Below, piece after piece: positions 12,245 through 24,420 of a stretch of DNA of 64,000 bases; the first letter of the stretch is position 1; each line of letters begins with the position of its first letter. The translations under genes and the position numbers were made by a program. Origin of the DNA: Hypanus sabinus. Taxonomy: Eukaryota. The notes beneath the pieces were generated by a model. It saw nothing but the letters and a program-made list of their open reading frames with translations. It did not search any database and had not been told where the DNA came from. The stretch lies in the NCBI RefSeq assembly GCF_030144855.1, contig NC_082708.1, positions 75,950,001 through 76,014,000 on the forward strand. The letters are read 5' to 3'.

Positions 12245-13858
12245 ACAACTGAGAAGGTGCTCAGGAAGCTTAATGGTCTGAGGGTGGATAAGTCTCCTGG
12301 ACCTGATGGAATGCACCCTTGGGTTCTGAAGGAAGTAGCTGGAGAGATTGTGGAGGCATTAACGATGATCTTTCAAGAATCAATAGATTCTGGCATTGTA
12401 CTGGATGACTAGAAAATTGCAAATGTTACTCCTCTATTTAAAGAGGGTGGGAGGCAGCAGAAAGGAAACTATAGACCTGGTAGCCTGACTTCAGTGGTTG
12501 GGAAGTTGTTGGAATCGATTGTTAGAGATGAGATTACGGTGTACCTGGAGGCACATAACAAGATAGCCCAAAGTCAGCATGGTTTCCTGAAAGAAAACTC
12601 CTGCCTGGAAAACCTACTGCAATTCTTTGAGGAAATTACAAGCAGGGTAGGCAAAGGATATGCGGTAGACATGGCGTACTTGGATTTTCAGAAGGCCTTT
12701 GTGCTGCACATGAGGCTGCTTAACAGGAGTTAAACTCATGGAGTTACAGCGAAAGTAATTGCGTGGGTGGAGCATTGGCTGGTCAGCAGCAAACAGAGAG
12801 TGGGAATAAAGGGATCCTATTCTGGCTGGCTGCTGGTTACCAGTGGAGTTCCACAGAGGTTGGTGCTGGGACCGCTCCTTTTTACAATGTGTGTCAATGA
12901 TTTGGACTACGGTATTAATGGATTTGTGGCTAAATTTGCCAACGATACAAAGATAGGTGGAGGAGTGGGTAGTGTTGAGGAAACAGAAAGCCTGCAGAGA
13001 GACTTAGATAGTTTAGGGGAATGGGCAAAGAAGTGGCAAATGAAATACAATGTTGGAGAGTGTATGGTCATGCACTTTGGTGGAAGAAATAAATGGGCAG
13101 ACTATTTAGATAAGGAGAGAATTCCGAATGTTGAGATGCAAAGGGACTTGGGAGTCCTTGTGCAAGATACCCTAAAGGTTATCATCCAGGTTGAGTCAGT
13201 GGTGAAGAAGGTGAATGCAATGTTGGCATTCATTTCTAAGGGTATAGAATATAAGAGCAGGGATGTGATGTTGAGGCTTTATGAGGCACTCATGAGACCA
13301 CACTTAGGGTATTGTGTGCAGTTTTGGGCTACTTATTTTAGAAAGAATATACTGATACTGGAGAGGGTTCAGAGAAGATTCACGAAAATGTTTCCAGGAA
13401 TGAAAGTGTTACCATATGAGGAAAATCTGGCAGCTCTTGGGCTGTATTCCCTGGAGTTCAGGAGAATGAGGAAGGATCTCATAGAAACCTTCTGAATGTT
13501 AAAAGGCTTGAACAGATTAGAAATGGCAAAGTTATTTTCCATGGTAGCGGTTTCTTGGACAAGAGGGCATGACTTCAGGATTGAAAGACATCCTTTTAGA
13601 ACAGAGATTGCAGAGAAATTACTTTAATCAGAGGTAAATCTGTGGAATTTGTTGCCACAAGCAGCTGTGGAGGCCAAGTCATTGGGTGTATTTAAGGCAG
13701 AGATAGATAGGTTCTTGATTAGCCAGGGCATCAAAGGGTATGGGGTGAAAACCGGGGAGTGGGGATAATGGAAATAATTGGATCAGCCCATGATTGAATG
13801 GCGGAGCAGACCTGATGGGCTAAATGGCCTACTTCTGCTCCTATATCTTACTGTCTTA
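12245..13858 (+). mobile_element. CR1 LINE, 5'-truncated, relatively young (RT domain and 3' end)
   Basis: KSPGPDGMHP; QHGFLK..CLENLLQFFE; YLDFQKAF; a 242-aa ORF with VTSGVPQ..LGPLLF..VAKFANDTK..RPHLGYCVQFW; 3' end GGCCTACTTCTGCTCCTATATCTTA. Confidence 0.95.
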
Positions 13859-14690
13859 ATTCATGGACAGTTCAGAGATCTGATGACAGGGAAATAAGTT
13901 ATTTTTGAAACATTCAGTGTGGGTCTTCAGGCTCCAGTACCTCCTCACTGATGGTAGTATCATGAAGACGGCCTGTCCTGAATAATGAGGATTTTTGAGA
14001 GTGGATGGCATCTTCCTGAGGCACCACCTCTTGACAGGGAGGATTGGGTCAGTCATGGAATTGGCTGAGTCTACAATTCTCTGAGTCTTTTTTGATCCTG
14101 TGGATTGGAGGTTTCATACCAGACCGTGATGCAACAGTCATAATGCTCTCCATAGTACATCTGTAGAGTCTTTGGTGACATACCAGATCTCAAACTCATA
14201 ACAAAGTAGAGCCATTGGGTGGCTTCTATGTGGTTCCATCAATGTGTTGGGCCCAAGATAGATCCTCAGAGACGTTGATGCCCAAGAACTTGAAGCTGCT
14301 TACACTTTCCACAGTTGGCCCCTCAATAAGGCCTGATACATGATATCCCAACTTCCCTTTCCTTAAATCCACAATCAATTCTTTGGTCTTGCTGACGCTG
14401 AATGTGAGTTTGTCAATGCAACACCACTCAACCAGTCAATCTACGTCACTCCTATACAACTCCTCGTCGCCAACTCAGATTCTGCCAACAACCATGGTTT
14501 CATCGGTGAATTTATCAATAGCACTTGATCTGTAGCCACAGTCCTGAGTATAGAGAGTGTACAGCAGTGGGCTAAGTAGGCTTCTTTGAAGCACATGTGT
14601 TGACTGTTAGCAAGGAGGAAATTTTATCACCAATCCACACTGATCAGTAATAACATCTCCCGATATGCAATCAGGATACATTTGTGATTT
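13859..14690 (-). mobile_element. Rex1/Babar LINE 3' fragment
   Basis: LKNPHYSGQAVFMILPSVRRYWSLKTHTECFKNNLFP (cf. IKDPHHPGHALFSLLPSGRRYRS..RLRNSFFP); KFTDET upstream. Confidence 0.8.
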
Positions 14691-14852
14691 ACAGGAAAAT
14701 TATGAAGCCATGCAAAAGGCTAGACTTTTAATTTAAAATCATGCACCTTCTACTTCACCTCTTCCTCTTAAGTTAGCCCCCAGAAATACAAGTTAATGTG
14801 GAATAATGTTGCACACATGTTTCCAAATGCCTCAAACTTACTGATGGAATCC

Positions 14853-16142
14853 TTTCTCCTTTTAAATCTTTTTATTAATTTTAAACAAACATAAATGAAA
14901 CATGAATACAGAGAGTTTGAAAGTACATAATTAATAGGTTATGTATACATTCATATAGATGATAATCCATATATAATAACCTCCCAAACTCATAGTAATT
15001 ATGAAAAAAGGGAGTAAATAAGAAAAAAAATCCCCAAAAATTAAGAAAAGAAAAAAAAACCTAACCAACATGGGCCATTGCATTATGTCAAATATACACA
15101 GTAGCGTCAATAACTCCACACCTCCGTCCAAATAATTAAGGATAATAGAAGCAGGGTTTAGGAAAAGTCAGTTTAACTGATATGAAAATGTTGGATAAAT
15201 GGTCTCCAAGTTTCTTCAAATTTAACTGAAGAATCAAAGACAACACTTCTAATTTTTTTTCTAAGCTCAAACAAGAGATAGTTTGAGAAAACCACTGAAA
15301 TATAGTTGGAGGATTAATTTCTTTCCAGTTCAATAGGATAGATCTTCTAGCCATTAATGTAACAAATGCAATCATCCGTCGAGCTGAGGGGGATAAACAA
15401 ATATTATCCACCAATGGTAAACTGAAAATTGCAGTAATAGGATGCGGTTGCAATTTGATATTCAGAACTGTTGAAATAATACCGAAAATATCTTTCCAAT
15501 AATTTTGCAAACACGGGTAAGACCAAAACATGTGGGTCAGTGAAGCTACTTCAGAATAACATCTGTCACAGGTTGGATTAACATGAGAGTAAAATCGAGC
15601 AAGTTTATCCTTGGACATATGAGCCCTATGTACAACCTTAAATTGTATTAGGGCATGTTTAGCACAAATAGAAGAGGAATTGACTAATTGTAAAATTTTC
15701 TCCCACTGCTCAGTGGGTATAAAACAATCAAGTTCTTTTTCCCATTCCTTCTTAATTTTTTCTGATACTTCTGGCTGTATTTTCATGATCATATTATAAA
15801 TGGTGGCTACTAAACCCTTCTGGCAAGGATTCAGAGCTAAAATTTTTCCCGTAATGTCCATTGGACATAAATTTCGGAAAAGACTGTAACATACTATTCA
15901 AGAAATTTCTAACCGCAAATATCTAAAAAACTGAGTTTTAGGTAAATTATATTTATTAGATAGCTGTTCAAAGGACATAAAACTATTATCTAAAAATAGA
16001 TCACGAAAACATGTTATACCTTTTGTTTTCCATAATACAAAGGCTTGATCCATAAAAGAGGGTCAAAAAAAAAATTAGATATAATAGGGCTTGATAAGAT
16101 AAACTTATTCAAGCCAAAAAATTTATGAAATTTAAACCATAA
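14853..16142 (-). mobile_element. L1-clade LINE, 5'-truncated, with a 10-bp TSD
   Basis: The 241-aa ORF has WEKEL..QFKVVHRAH..CDRC....LTHMFWS, the fish-type L1 C-terminal zinc-binding region. AATAAA lies near the 3' end. GATGGAATCC occurs at 14843-14852 and 16143-16152. Confidence 0.9.
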
Positions 16143-16569
16143 GATGGAATCCAACCAATCGATCTGTGAGTACGCATTGTCATCGGAGTCCACATGGTGG
16201 AGGACAACCTTCCTGAGATTCCCCAGCAGTTAAAACAAGAAATGTGTTCATAGGTCCAGAGGAACAAAGTTGACTAATAATGAGGGGATGACAGTGTTGA
16301 ACAAACATCAAGCTGTAACAGATGAACAGTGGCCTAACGTTTGTATTGCAGTTGATTAGTAGCTCCAAAGCTGAGTGAAAAGCCAGTGAGATTGCATCCA
16401 CTTTAGACCTGTTGTGGAGATAGGAAAATTACAGATTTAACTGATTCCATGGAACTAAGCTAGCTATTTTTATGCATTGGTTATTGAAATTGTTTCAAAT
16501 ACAGCAGATGTAGCCGTGGATTACTGAAAGTAAGGACTTGTGCCTACAACCTAATAATTCACACGATTA

Positions 16570-17353
16570 CACTGGACAAGTGTTGCTTCCTATTTTTTTT
16601 TTGTTTACGATAGACTGCTTGAAGCTGAACACAAATATAATTTCAGACAATTTGTATCATGTTGGAATTTGGAGAAACAAGAAATCAACTTCAATTGAAT
16701 ACATTGCATTTAATTACTGTACGTTGTGGCGCTGACACTTTGCAATATTTCAACTAAGCTACAAAGGTTTTGTTGATGACTTTCATTTGTACTCAGTGTC
16801 CAAGGCTTCTTGCTTAAGTGTCCCAACAATAATCAGCCAGCATTGATGGATTCCAGTTGCCCTGATGCCGTTTCTCTATGACAGCAATGTCCTGGTGAAA
16901 CCTTTCACCATGCTTGTCGCTGACAGTGCCAAGGTTTGCAGGGAAGAAGTCTGAATGGGAATGTAGAAAATGAATCTTCAGTGACATGTTGCTCTTCATG
17001 GTTTTTTATGCCTAGAACATATTATCAACCAGATGCATGTTGTTTATTGCTCTGTAGATGCCAAGAAAAATTTCAACAACCTCCTTGAATGCCTTCTATG
17101 AGATTTTTTTCCAGTCCCAATAGAAGTTCTTCAAAATGCCTGCCTTTGATGACTTGTTTGATTTGTGGACCAACAAAAATGCCTTCCTTAATCTTGGCAT
17201 CAGTTATTCTGACTTGAATTATGAATTATAACAACAATTTCAAAAACCTGGTGTGTGATAGGGAAATTTCATGATGATTTTCATGATCAGCAGCCCCAAA
17301 TCCACAAGATACACCCAAAAGTTTTCAGGAAGCAAAATCTTTGTTGTCCAGTG
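16570..17353 (-). mobile_element. Chapaev3-like DNA transposon, internally deleted
   Basis: TIR CACTGGACAA at 16570 and TTGTCCAGTG ending at 17353; flanks TTA/TTT. Transposase motifs AKIKEGIFVGPQIK and MSLKIHFLHSH.DFFP.NLG.VSD.HGERFHQDI..W...MLADYCW. Confidence 0.85.
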
Positions 17354-17689
17354 TTTTGAATACCGATATTGATGATGATTCAAAGTTCTATGGAATATAC
17401 TGCATCTACAAACAAAATATTGTCTATATTAATTAAAAGTTAATTAACTTGGGAAGCATTAGTAAGAGTACTAAAAGCAATTTTTAATGATAGGTAGCAT
17501 TTAGCAACCACTTGATCATCATTTGGTCATGGTTTGGCTATTCAACTGCAAAAGCTAGGGCATTTGTTCAATTATTATATATATATAGCTCTATTCATAT
17601 CTGTAATTTGCCGCAAGCTACCATTACGGTCAAGGAATGAACAAAGAGAGAGAGATTTTTGGGAGTGGGGAAGGATCACAGTGTGTGTG

Positions 17690-18800
17690 TGTGTGGGTTG
17701 CCTGCTATTGTAAGATTCCATGTTCATACCATTGAGTTGTGGGTTACAAATGCCAAATATGAAATGCTGTTGCATTTGTGTTTGGCCTCACTGTAGAGAT
17801 AGAGAAAACAGGTCTGACAGGTTGCTGTGGGAAATGGGAATAGGAGTGGAAGTGACATGCTACCAGAAGCTCAAGTGGTCACTGCGGACAAAGTACAGGT
17901 ACTCTGCAAAATGATCGACTAGTCTAAGCTTGGTCTCATCAACGTACAGGGCACCACATCATAAACAGCAAGTGTAATTGATTAGGTTGGAGAAGATGTA
18001 CGTGATTCTCTGACTCTTATGGAAATACTGCTTAGGTCCCTGGATGGTGATTAGAGAGGTGTAGGGATGTGTTTTGCACCTCCTATAGTCACAGGGAAAA
18101 GTACCACGGTATGAGGTGTGGGGGGGGGGGGGTGGAATGGTGTGGGTGAGAAGGGATGAGTGCATCAGGGAGTCATGGAGAGAGCGGTTCCTGCAGTAAG
18201 TTGAATGGTGAGGGGATGAGACAACGTAGTTGATGGTGGGATCCCATTGAAGCTGGCAGAAGTGGCAAATGATGATATAACAATGATCCTTACAGAATGC
18301 AGAGGTTGAATGAACAACACCTCATATTCTGTCCAGCCTGATGGCATGGACATCAATTTCTCCAATTTCTGGTGACTCCTCCCCTCCCCCCCTCTCTCTG
18401 TTCCTCTTCCCCATTCTGGTTACCCTCTCACCCCATCTCTTCTCCTGCCCATAACCTCTTTCTGGTTCCCTCCCCCTTCCCTTTCATCCATGTCCACCAC
18501 CACCTCCTAATCGATTTCTTCTTCTTCAGCCCTTTACATCTTCCACCTATTCCCAGCTTACTTCATCCCCCTTCTCCACCCACCCCCTCACCTGGTCTCA
18601 CTTATCACCTGCCAGCTTGAACTCTTTCCTATCCACCCCTCCCCCCCACCTTCTTCTTCTGGCTTCTGCCTCCTTCCATTCCAGTCCTAATAAAGGATCT
18701 TGGTTTGAAATGTCAACGGTTTATTCCCCTCCATAGATGCTGCTTGACTTGTTGAATTCCTCCTGCATTTTGAATGTATTACTTAAGATTTCCAACATCT
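17690..18800. mobile_element. Penelope-like element in two oppositely oriented parts (- 17690-18290; + 18300-18800)
   Basis: GTFPCDYRRCKTHPYTS..QGPKQYF on the minus strand. The segment CAGCCTGATGGCATGGACATCAATTTC appears on + and in inverted form near 17710-17740. Confidence 0.75.
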
Positions 18801-19534
18801 ACATTATCTTCTTTTGGTTAATTGGCCACTGTAAAATGATTAGGCAGTAGGTGAAATCCATTTTCTTCAATAAATAATCATATTCATTGTATACAAAAAC
18901 TATAAAGGATTTATTTAAAAAACAATGGGGATAAAATGCATCAAAAATAGCAGTTAATGTATAAAGACAACCCCCAAACATTTCTATCAGCATAAATAAA
19001 CATATTACATAAGCATAAATAAGTATGAAAGAAAGGCAATATTGAATGGGGTAAGAAGATTTTCTGATATAGACATGTATGAGCTGTTAAAAGAATACAT
19101 CTCTATTCCCAGGAGAAGAGAGTAACGCTATACCAGTGGGCATTAGCTACATTGGATCAGATAAAAATTAATGAAGGTTAGAAGTTCTCAAACTAGGTCA
19201 AAGTTCTTAAAGACCTTGGTGAACAAGCTCCTACTCCTCAATCTAAATATATCATTATGCAGCTGGGTGTTGGACTTCCTAACCAACAGACCCCCGAAAG
19301 TCAGGATGCAAGACCGCTCCTTCTTCCCTGTCATCCTCAACATGAGTGCCCTCCAGGGCTGTGTACTGATAGTTAATTAGAGTCTCTTATTGACTGGTAT
19401 CACACCACAACGAAGGCATAGGTGATCCTGAATGTCTGAATGTTATTGTGCCATCAAATTTCTAAGCCCCAAATCCTTTACTTCTTATGCAGATTGGTAT
19501 AATTTCAACTTCTTGTGAAATTTGTATTTTTGTA

Positions 19535-19770
19535 CCATTCTTCGGGCCCAATAAGCCTACGCTGTCCAGTTACACCCATAAAACCAATTAACCTGTTAAT
19601 CCATACAGCCTTGGAATGTGGTAGAAACCTGGAGCACACAGAGGAAACCCACACGCTTGGGGAGAATGTTCAAACTCCTTGCAGACGGTGGGAGAATTGA
19701 CCCGGGGATGCTGGCACTGGTGCTATAATGGTATTATGCTGACCACTATGCTACTGTGCTGCCCCATACC
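19535..19770 (-). mobile_element. V-SINE (HE1-like)
   Basis: TTGGAATGTGGTAGAAACCTGGAGCACACAGAGGAAACCCACACG..GGAGAATGTTCAAACTCC is the V-domain complement. Confidence 0.75.
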
Positions 19771-19859
19771 CGTTCGTTATGACTTCCCAATATTGTTCAC
19801 CAGACCTGGAATACCTCACAATTAAGTGTTGGCCTTTTTACCAGCCATGGGAGATTTCA

Positions 19860-21822
19860 ACAATCATTTTGGTAGTGCTGTACATTGCACCTTAGGCTAA
19901 CGTCAAACAGGCTCTAGGTTAACTGAGCAATGTAACCAACAGGGATGAAACAGTATATCCTGATGCCTTCCCCATCATTTTTTGGGGCTTTTAATCAGGC
20001 CAGTTTGACAAGGTCATTAAATAATTATCAACAAATCACCTAAAGTACTAGAGGAAATAACACTAAGTTCAAGAGAGTCTACTGTACTATTCCATGCACA
20101 CACTTTGGAAAGTCTGATCGCCTGGCTGTACTTCTACTCCCTGAGTATAGGCAGATCCTGAAAACTGCAGCACCAGTATTGAGGACCAAGAAGGGATGGA
20201 CCAGGAAGGCACAGGATTGCTTACAGAACTGCTTTGAATCACTGGACTGGAGGCCGGATGAGTATACCACAGTTGTCACCGACTTCATTAAAACCTGTGT
20301 AGACAAGTATGTGCCTATGAAAACTTACTGTACATTCCCAGACCAAAATCCATGGGTGAACCAGGGGGTTCATAGTCTGCTGAGGGCTGAGTCTGTGCCA
20401 TTTAAGTCTGGCAAGGCAATCGAGGTTTGTGTAAGAGCACCAGGTATGACTTGCAGAGGGTTATTTCACGAGCCAAGAAGCAACTCTGGGAGAGGTTAGA
20501 GTGACATCGAAGCACATCTACTCTGGTAGGTTTTGCAGGCCATTACTTCCTATAGAGCAAAACTCAACATTATGAATGGCAGTGATGCTTCGATTCCAGA
20601 TGTGTTCAACACCCTTTATGCTCACTTTGAAAGGGAGAATAAAACCACAGCTGAGGATCCCTACAGCATCCAATGACCCTGTGATCTCTGTCTAGGAGGC
20701 CGATGTCCGGTTGTCTTTCAAGAGTGTGAAACCTCGCAAGGCAGCAGGGCATGTTGGAGTATCTGGTAAGGCTCTGAATACCTCCGTCAACCAACTAGCA
20801 GGGGTATTCAAAGACATTTTCTATGTCTCACTGCGATGGACAGAAGTTCACACCTGCTTCAAAAGGGCAGCAATTATACCAGTGCCCAAGAAGAGCAGTG
20901 TGAGCTGCCTCAATGATGGTGATGAAATGCTTTGAGACACTGGTCCTGACTAGAATCCACACTTGTCTCGGAAGAGCCTGGACCCACTGCAATTTGCCTA
21001 CTACTACAAATTAGGTCTACAGTAGATGCGATCTCAATGGTTTTCCAAGCAGCCTTGGATCATCTTAACAATGCTGTTTATTAACTGTAGCACAGCATTT
21101 AACACAATTATTCCTTTAGTCTCCATTAATAAGCCACTGAACATACGCCTTTGAACCTCCCTCTGCAATTGGATCCTCGTCTTCCTAACCTGAAGACCAC
21201 AATCTGTGCAGTTTGGTAATAAAATCTTCTCCCCGCTGACGATCAACACTGGTGTACCACAGGGATGTGTACTTAGCCCACTGCTCTACTCTCTATACAC
21301 CCAGGACTGTGTGGCTAGGCATAGCTCAAATGCCATCTATAAATTTGTTGATGATATAACCATTGCTGGCAGAATTTAAGATGGTGACAAAAGGGCGTAC
21401 AGGAGCGAAATATACCAGCTAATTGAGTGGTGTTGTCAGCAAGACCGAAGAGCTGATTGTGGACTTCAGAAAAGATAAGATGAGGGAACACGAACCAATC
21501 CTCACAGAGGTTTCAGAAGTGGAGAGAGTGAGCAATTTCAAGTACCTGGATATCAATATCTCTGAGGATCCATCCTGGATGCAACATACTGATGCAGGTA
21601 TAATGAAGGAAAGACAGTGGCTATATTTTATTAGGAGTTTGAGGAGATTTGCTTTATCAACTAAAACACTCGAAAATCTCTATAAATGTACCATGGAGAG
21701 CATTCAGACTGGCTGCACAAGATCCAAGTAAATTGCAGAAACTTGTATTTCATTATACTGCTGCCATAAAGTTAACAAATTTCACAACATATGCTGATGA
21801 TATTAAATCTGATTCTGATTCT
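19860..21822 (+). mobile_element. Rex1/Babar LINE (endonuclease end, RT, 3' end), disrupted
   Basis: LQNCFESLDW; KPWVN-like NPWVN; KAAG..GVSG..LAGVFKDIF..CFKRAAIIPVPKK; GVPQGCVLSPLLYSLYT; IYKFVDD; tail (GATTCT)n at ~21810-21822. Confidence 0.9.
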
Positions 21823-22089
21823 GTTTTAATACTGGCATTTTAATCAAATCTGTACCTAATGTGTGACAATGCCAAACTCAATAATGTTTGAAGACAAAAT
21901 AAGTCTACCTGAAGAAAGTGTATATGGGCCAATAATATAAATAAACTTGTAAAGCTATCTTTCTGATTAGAAGTTGGGAGTAGAAATCATTCTACTTGCA
22001 GGCAGTTCTACATGATAATCTGTGCATAATTTACATTACTGTTTGGCTAAAAACAGAAAATGCTGGAACTATCCAGCAAATTAGCTGCA

Positions 22090-22390
22090 GTTGAGTCACA
22101 AGTTTAGCTTCAAGTCCCACTCCTGAGAGATGAATGGAAAACCAATTGCAACACTGAATGAGTGTTGCACTGTTAAAGGTGCAAAGTTTGAAGTAAAGCT
22201 TGAAATCATGGTTCTAACTACTTTTCCTTAGGATTCCTGTACTAATTGGAAGAAGATTGCAATTATTCCTGTGTTGTGGCCAATTTTGTCTCTCATTCAA
22301 AAACATTAAGGCTCATTATTTGGTCATTATCACATTGCCATTTGTAGATGTATTATTTGCAACTTGTATTGTGTTTCCTCTATGACTACA
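22090..22390 (+). mobile_element. Deu-domain SINE (SacSINE1/AmnSINE1-related), degenerate
   Basis: TTCAAGTCCCACTCC, GAGTGTTGCACTGTTAAAGGTGC, GTGTTGTGGCCAATTTT and TGGTCATTATCACATTGC follow the DeuSINE consensus order as I recall it. Confidence 0.7.
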
Positions 22391-24200
22391 AATCAAAACA
22401 GAAAATCCTCGAAATACGCAGCAACTCAGGTAACATCTGCAGAAAGAGGAATAGAATTAATATTCCAGAACTGGAAATTGTTTGAATCAACTTATAAAAG
22501 GTATAAAAATGTAGGATGGTGGAAAGGGGAAGAAAGAATCAAAGGAAAGACCTGTAACAGAATGAAAGGCAGACTTAATGACAAAAGGCAAATGGTACAA
22601 GTAAGCAAAAACCTAGCTGGAGTGTGATAGATAAATAATTATCTGAAATTACCAAAGAAAAACTGAAAATCTGGAGAAAAACTGTCAGAAATTGATGAAC
22701 ACAGTGCTAACTCCAGAAGGCTGTTATGTGTCTCCTTCTGGGGAGGTGATGAGTTGGTGCTCCTTGAGCTTACCTTGTCGTGGCTGAGGGCAACATGGAA
22801 GAGGAATGCTGAATTAATGTTATAGCCACCTAACGTGACTACAAAAGTCACCTAATCTATACTTGGTTTTCCCTGTGTAGAAGGGACCCTATGACGAATG
22901 ATGGAATTACAAATTCTACCATTAACGTTTTAGGGTACGTATCTTTGATCTACAAAAGCTATGTTTTGCTGTAACAAATAACCTTATTGCATACACAGGA
23001 ATATATTGTACATAAATTCCCACAAACTACTTCAATCAGCTTTAATGATTTATGAACGTTTGGTTAATGAAACCAGGAATGCGGGGAAGTCACATCCTCT
23101 GCCTACATTGTGTTGAATACGTCAGAAATCACATAGGAAGCTCTTTAGAATGCAAAGGCTGATGAGGTGAAAACATGAGAAACCTTTCCAAGTTCTGAGA
23201 GTATGTTGATGGGTTGAGAGCAGAAACATAGGAACTGAGTGGGACATGGTCACGATTGTGATTGACTGCGATATGGGGAATCCATAATTGAGGATAAAAG
23301 ACGACAATGGCAGAACAAATATCTCTAGAGTGCTGGAAAAATGGAATGGTGAAGCTGGGTAGAGGGATATCAGTAGACAATCTGTAGTCATGAGAGTCAG
23401 TGGGCTTGTAGTATTGGGTTACAAGTCTATCACATGAAATGGATATGGAAACATCAAAGAAGAAGTGGCTAGTGTCAGAGATGAGCCATGTAAAGTTGAG
23501 AACAGGGTGGAAATTGGCTCCCATGTTAAAGACTTTTTGCAAATCACATAATAGCAGGTCGCAGCAGGAATATAAGTATCAATGGACCAGAAAACAAGGG
23601 AATGGAGGGTGCCTGGGTAGGATTTAAATTTAGAATGTACCTCATATTCTACAAAGAAGGAAGCATAACCCATACTCTCATATAGAAACAACTTATTCTG
23701 AAGAAGTGAACAACTTCATAGAAGTTGCTCAATATGACCTCAGTCAGGCAGAGTAGGGTGATAATAGGGAAGGCTATCTGGTCCTCTGTTCAAGGAAGAA
23801 GCAAAAGTCTCCTCAAGCCTTCTTCGTGATATGCAGGTGTAGAGGCATTGGGCAGAAGTGACCAGCTGGGACCAGTAAATTGTCAAAATAATGGAGGAAC
23901 ACCAGAAGGATTGATGGAGAGAGAATGACCAAGGAACAAAAAATTAAGTGTGGGGGAAGAATTGAGTTCTGTGGGTTGTACTTGCCAAAGCAATGCATCA
24001 ACTGGGACAATCCTGCTTTTGGATCTTAGGGAGATGGTGGAAGTTGGCTGTGTGTGGTTGAGGTTAATGAGGTGTGAGGTGGGGAATGATAATCTTCTGA
24101 ATGAAAAAGGCTAGTGTCTGGGAAACAATGATCTGATGTTCAATGTGGGGTCATATTTCAAAGTGTGGTACAAGGAAGTATTGGATAACTGGCAGTTGGT
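22385..24200 (-). mobile_element. Penelope-like element with RT remnant
   Basis: NFHPVLNFTWLISDTSHFFFDVSISISCDRLVTQYYKPTD (cf. PLE RT NFHPALKFT..LPFLD...YYKPTD). Confidence 0.8.
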
Positions 24201-24221
24201 GAGGGGCCTGAAACCCCACAC

Positions 24222-24420
24222 TCAATGATTCAGGAAAACTTTCTTCCTCTTCACCATCAGATTTCTGAACAGTCCATGGGTCCACATACACTTCCTAATA
24301 TTCCTTTTTTGCACTGTTTATTTATATTTGTAATTTATTGTAGTTTATGTTTTTTTACTCTATTTCTGCCACTAAACAACAAATTTCATATCATATAAGT
24401 CAGTGATAAGAGTCTGATTC
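24222..24420 (+). mobile_element. Rex1/Babar 3' end fragment
   Basis: Remnant TTCTTCCTCTTCACCATCAGATTTCTGAAC; tail AACAACAAATTTCATATCATATAAGTCAGTGATAAGAGTCTGATTC. Confidence 0.65.
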
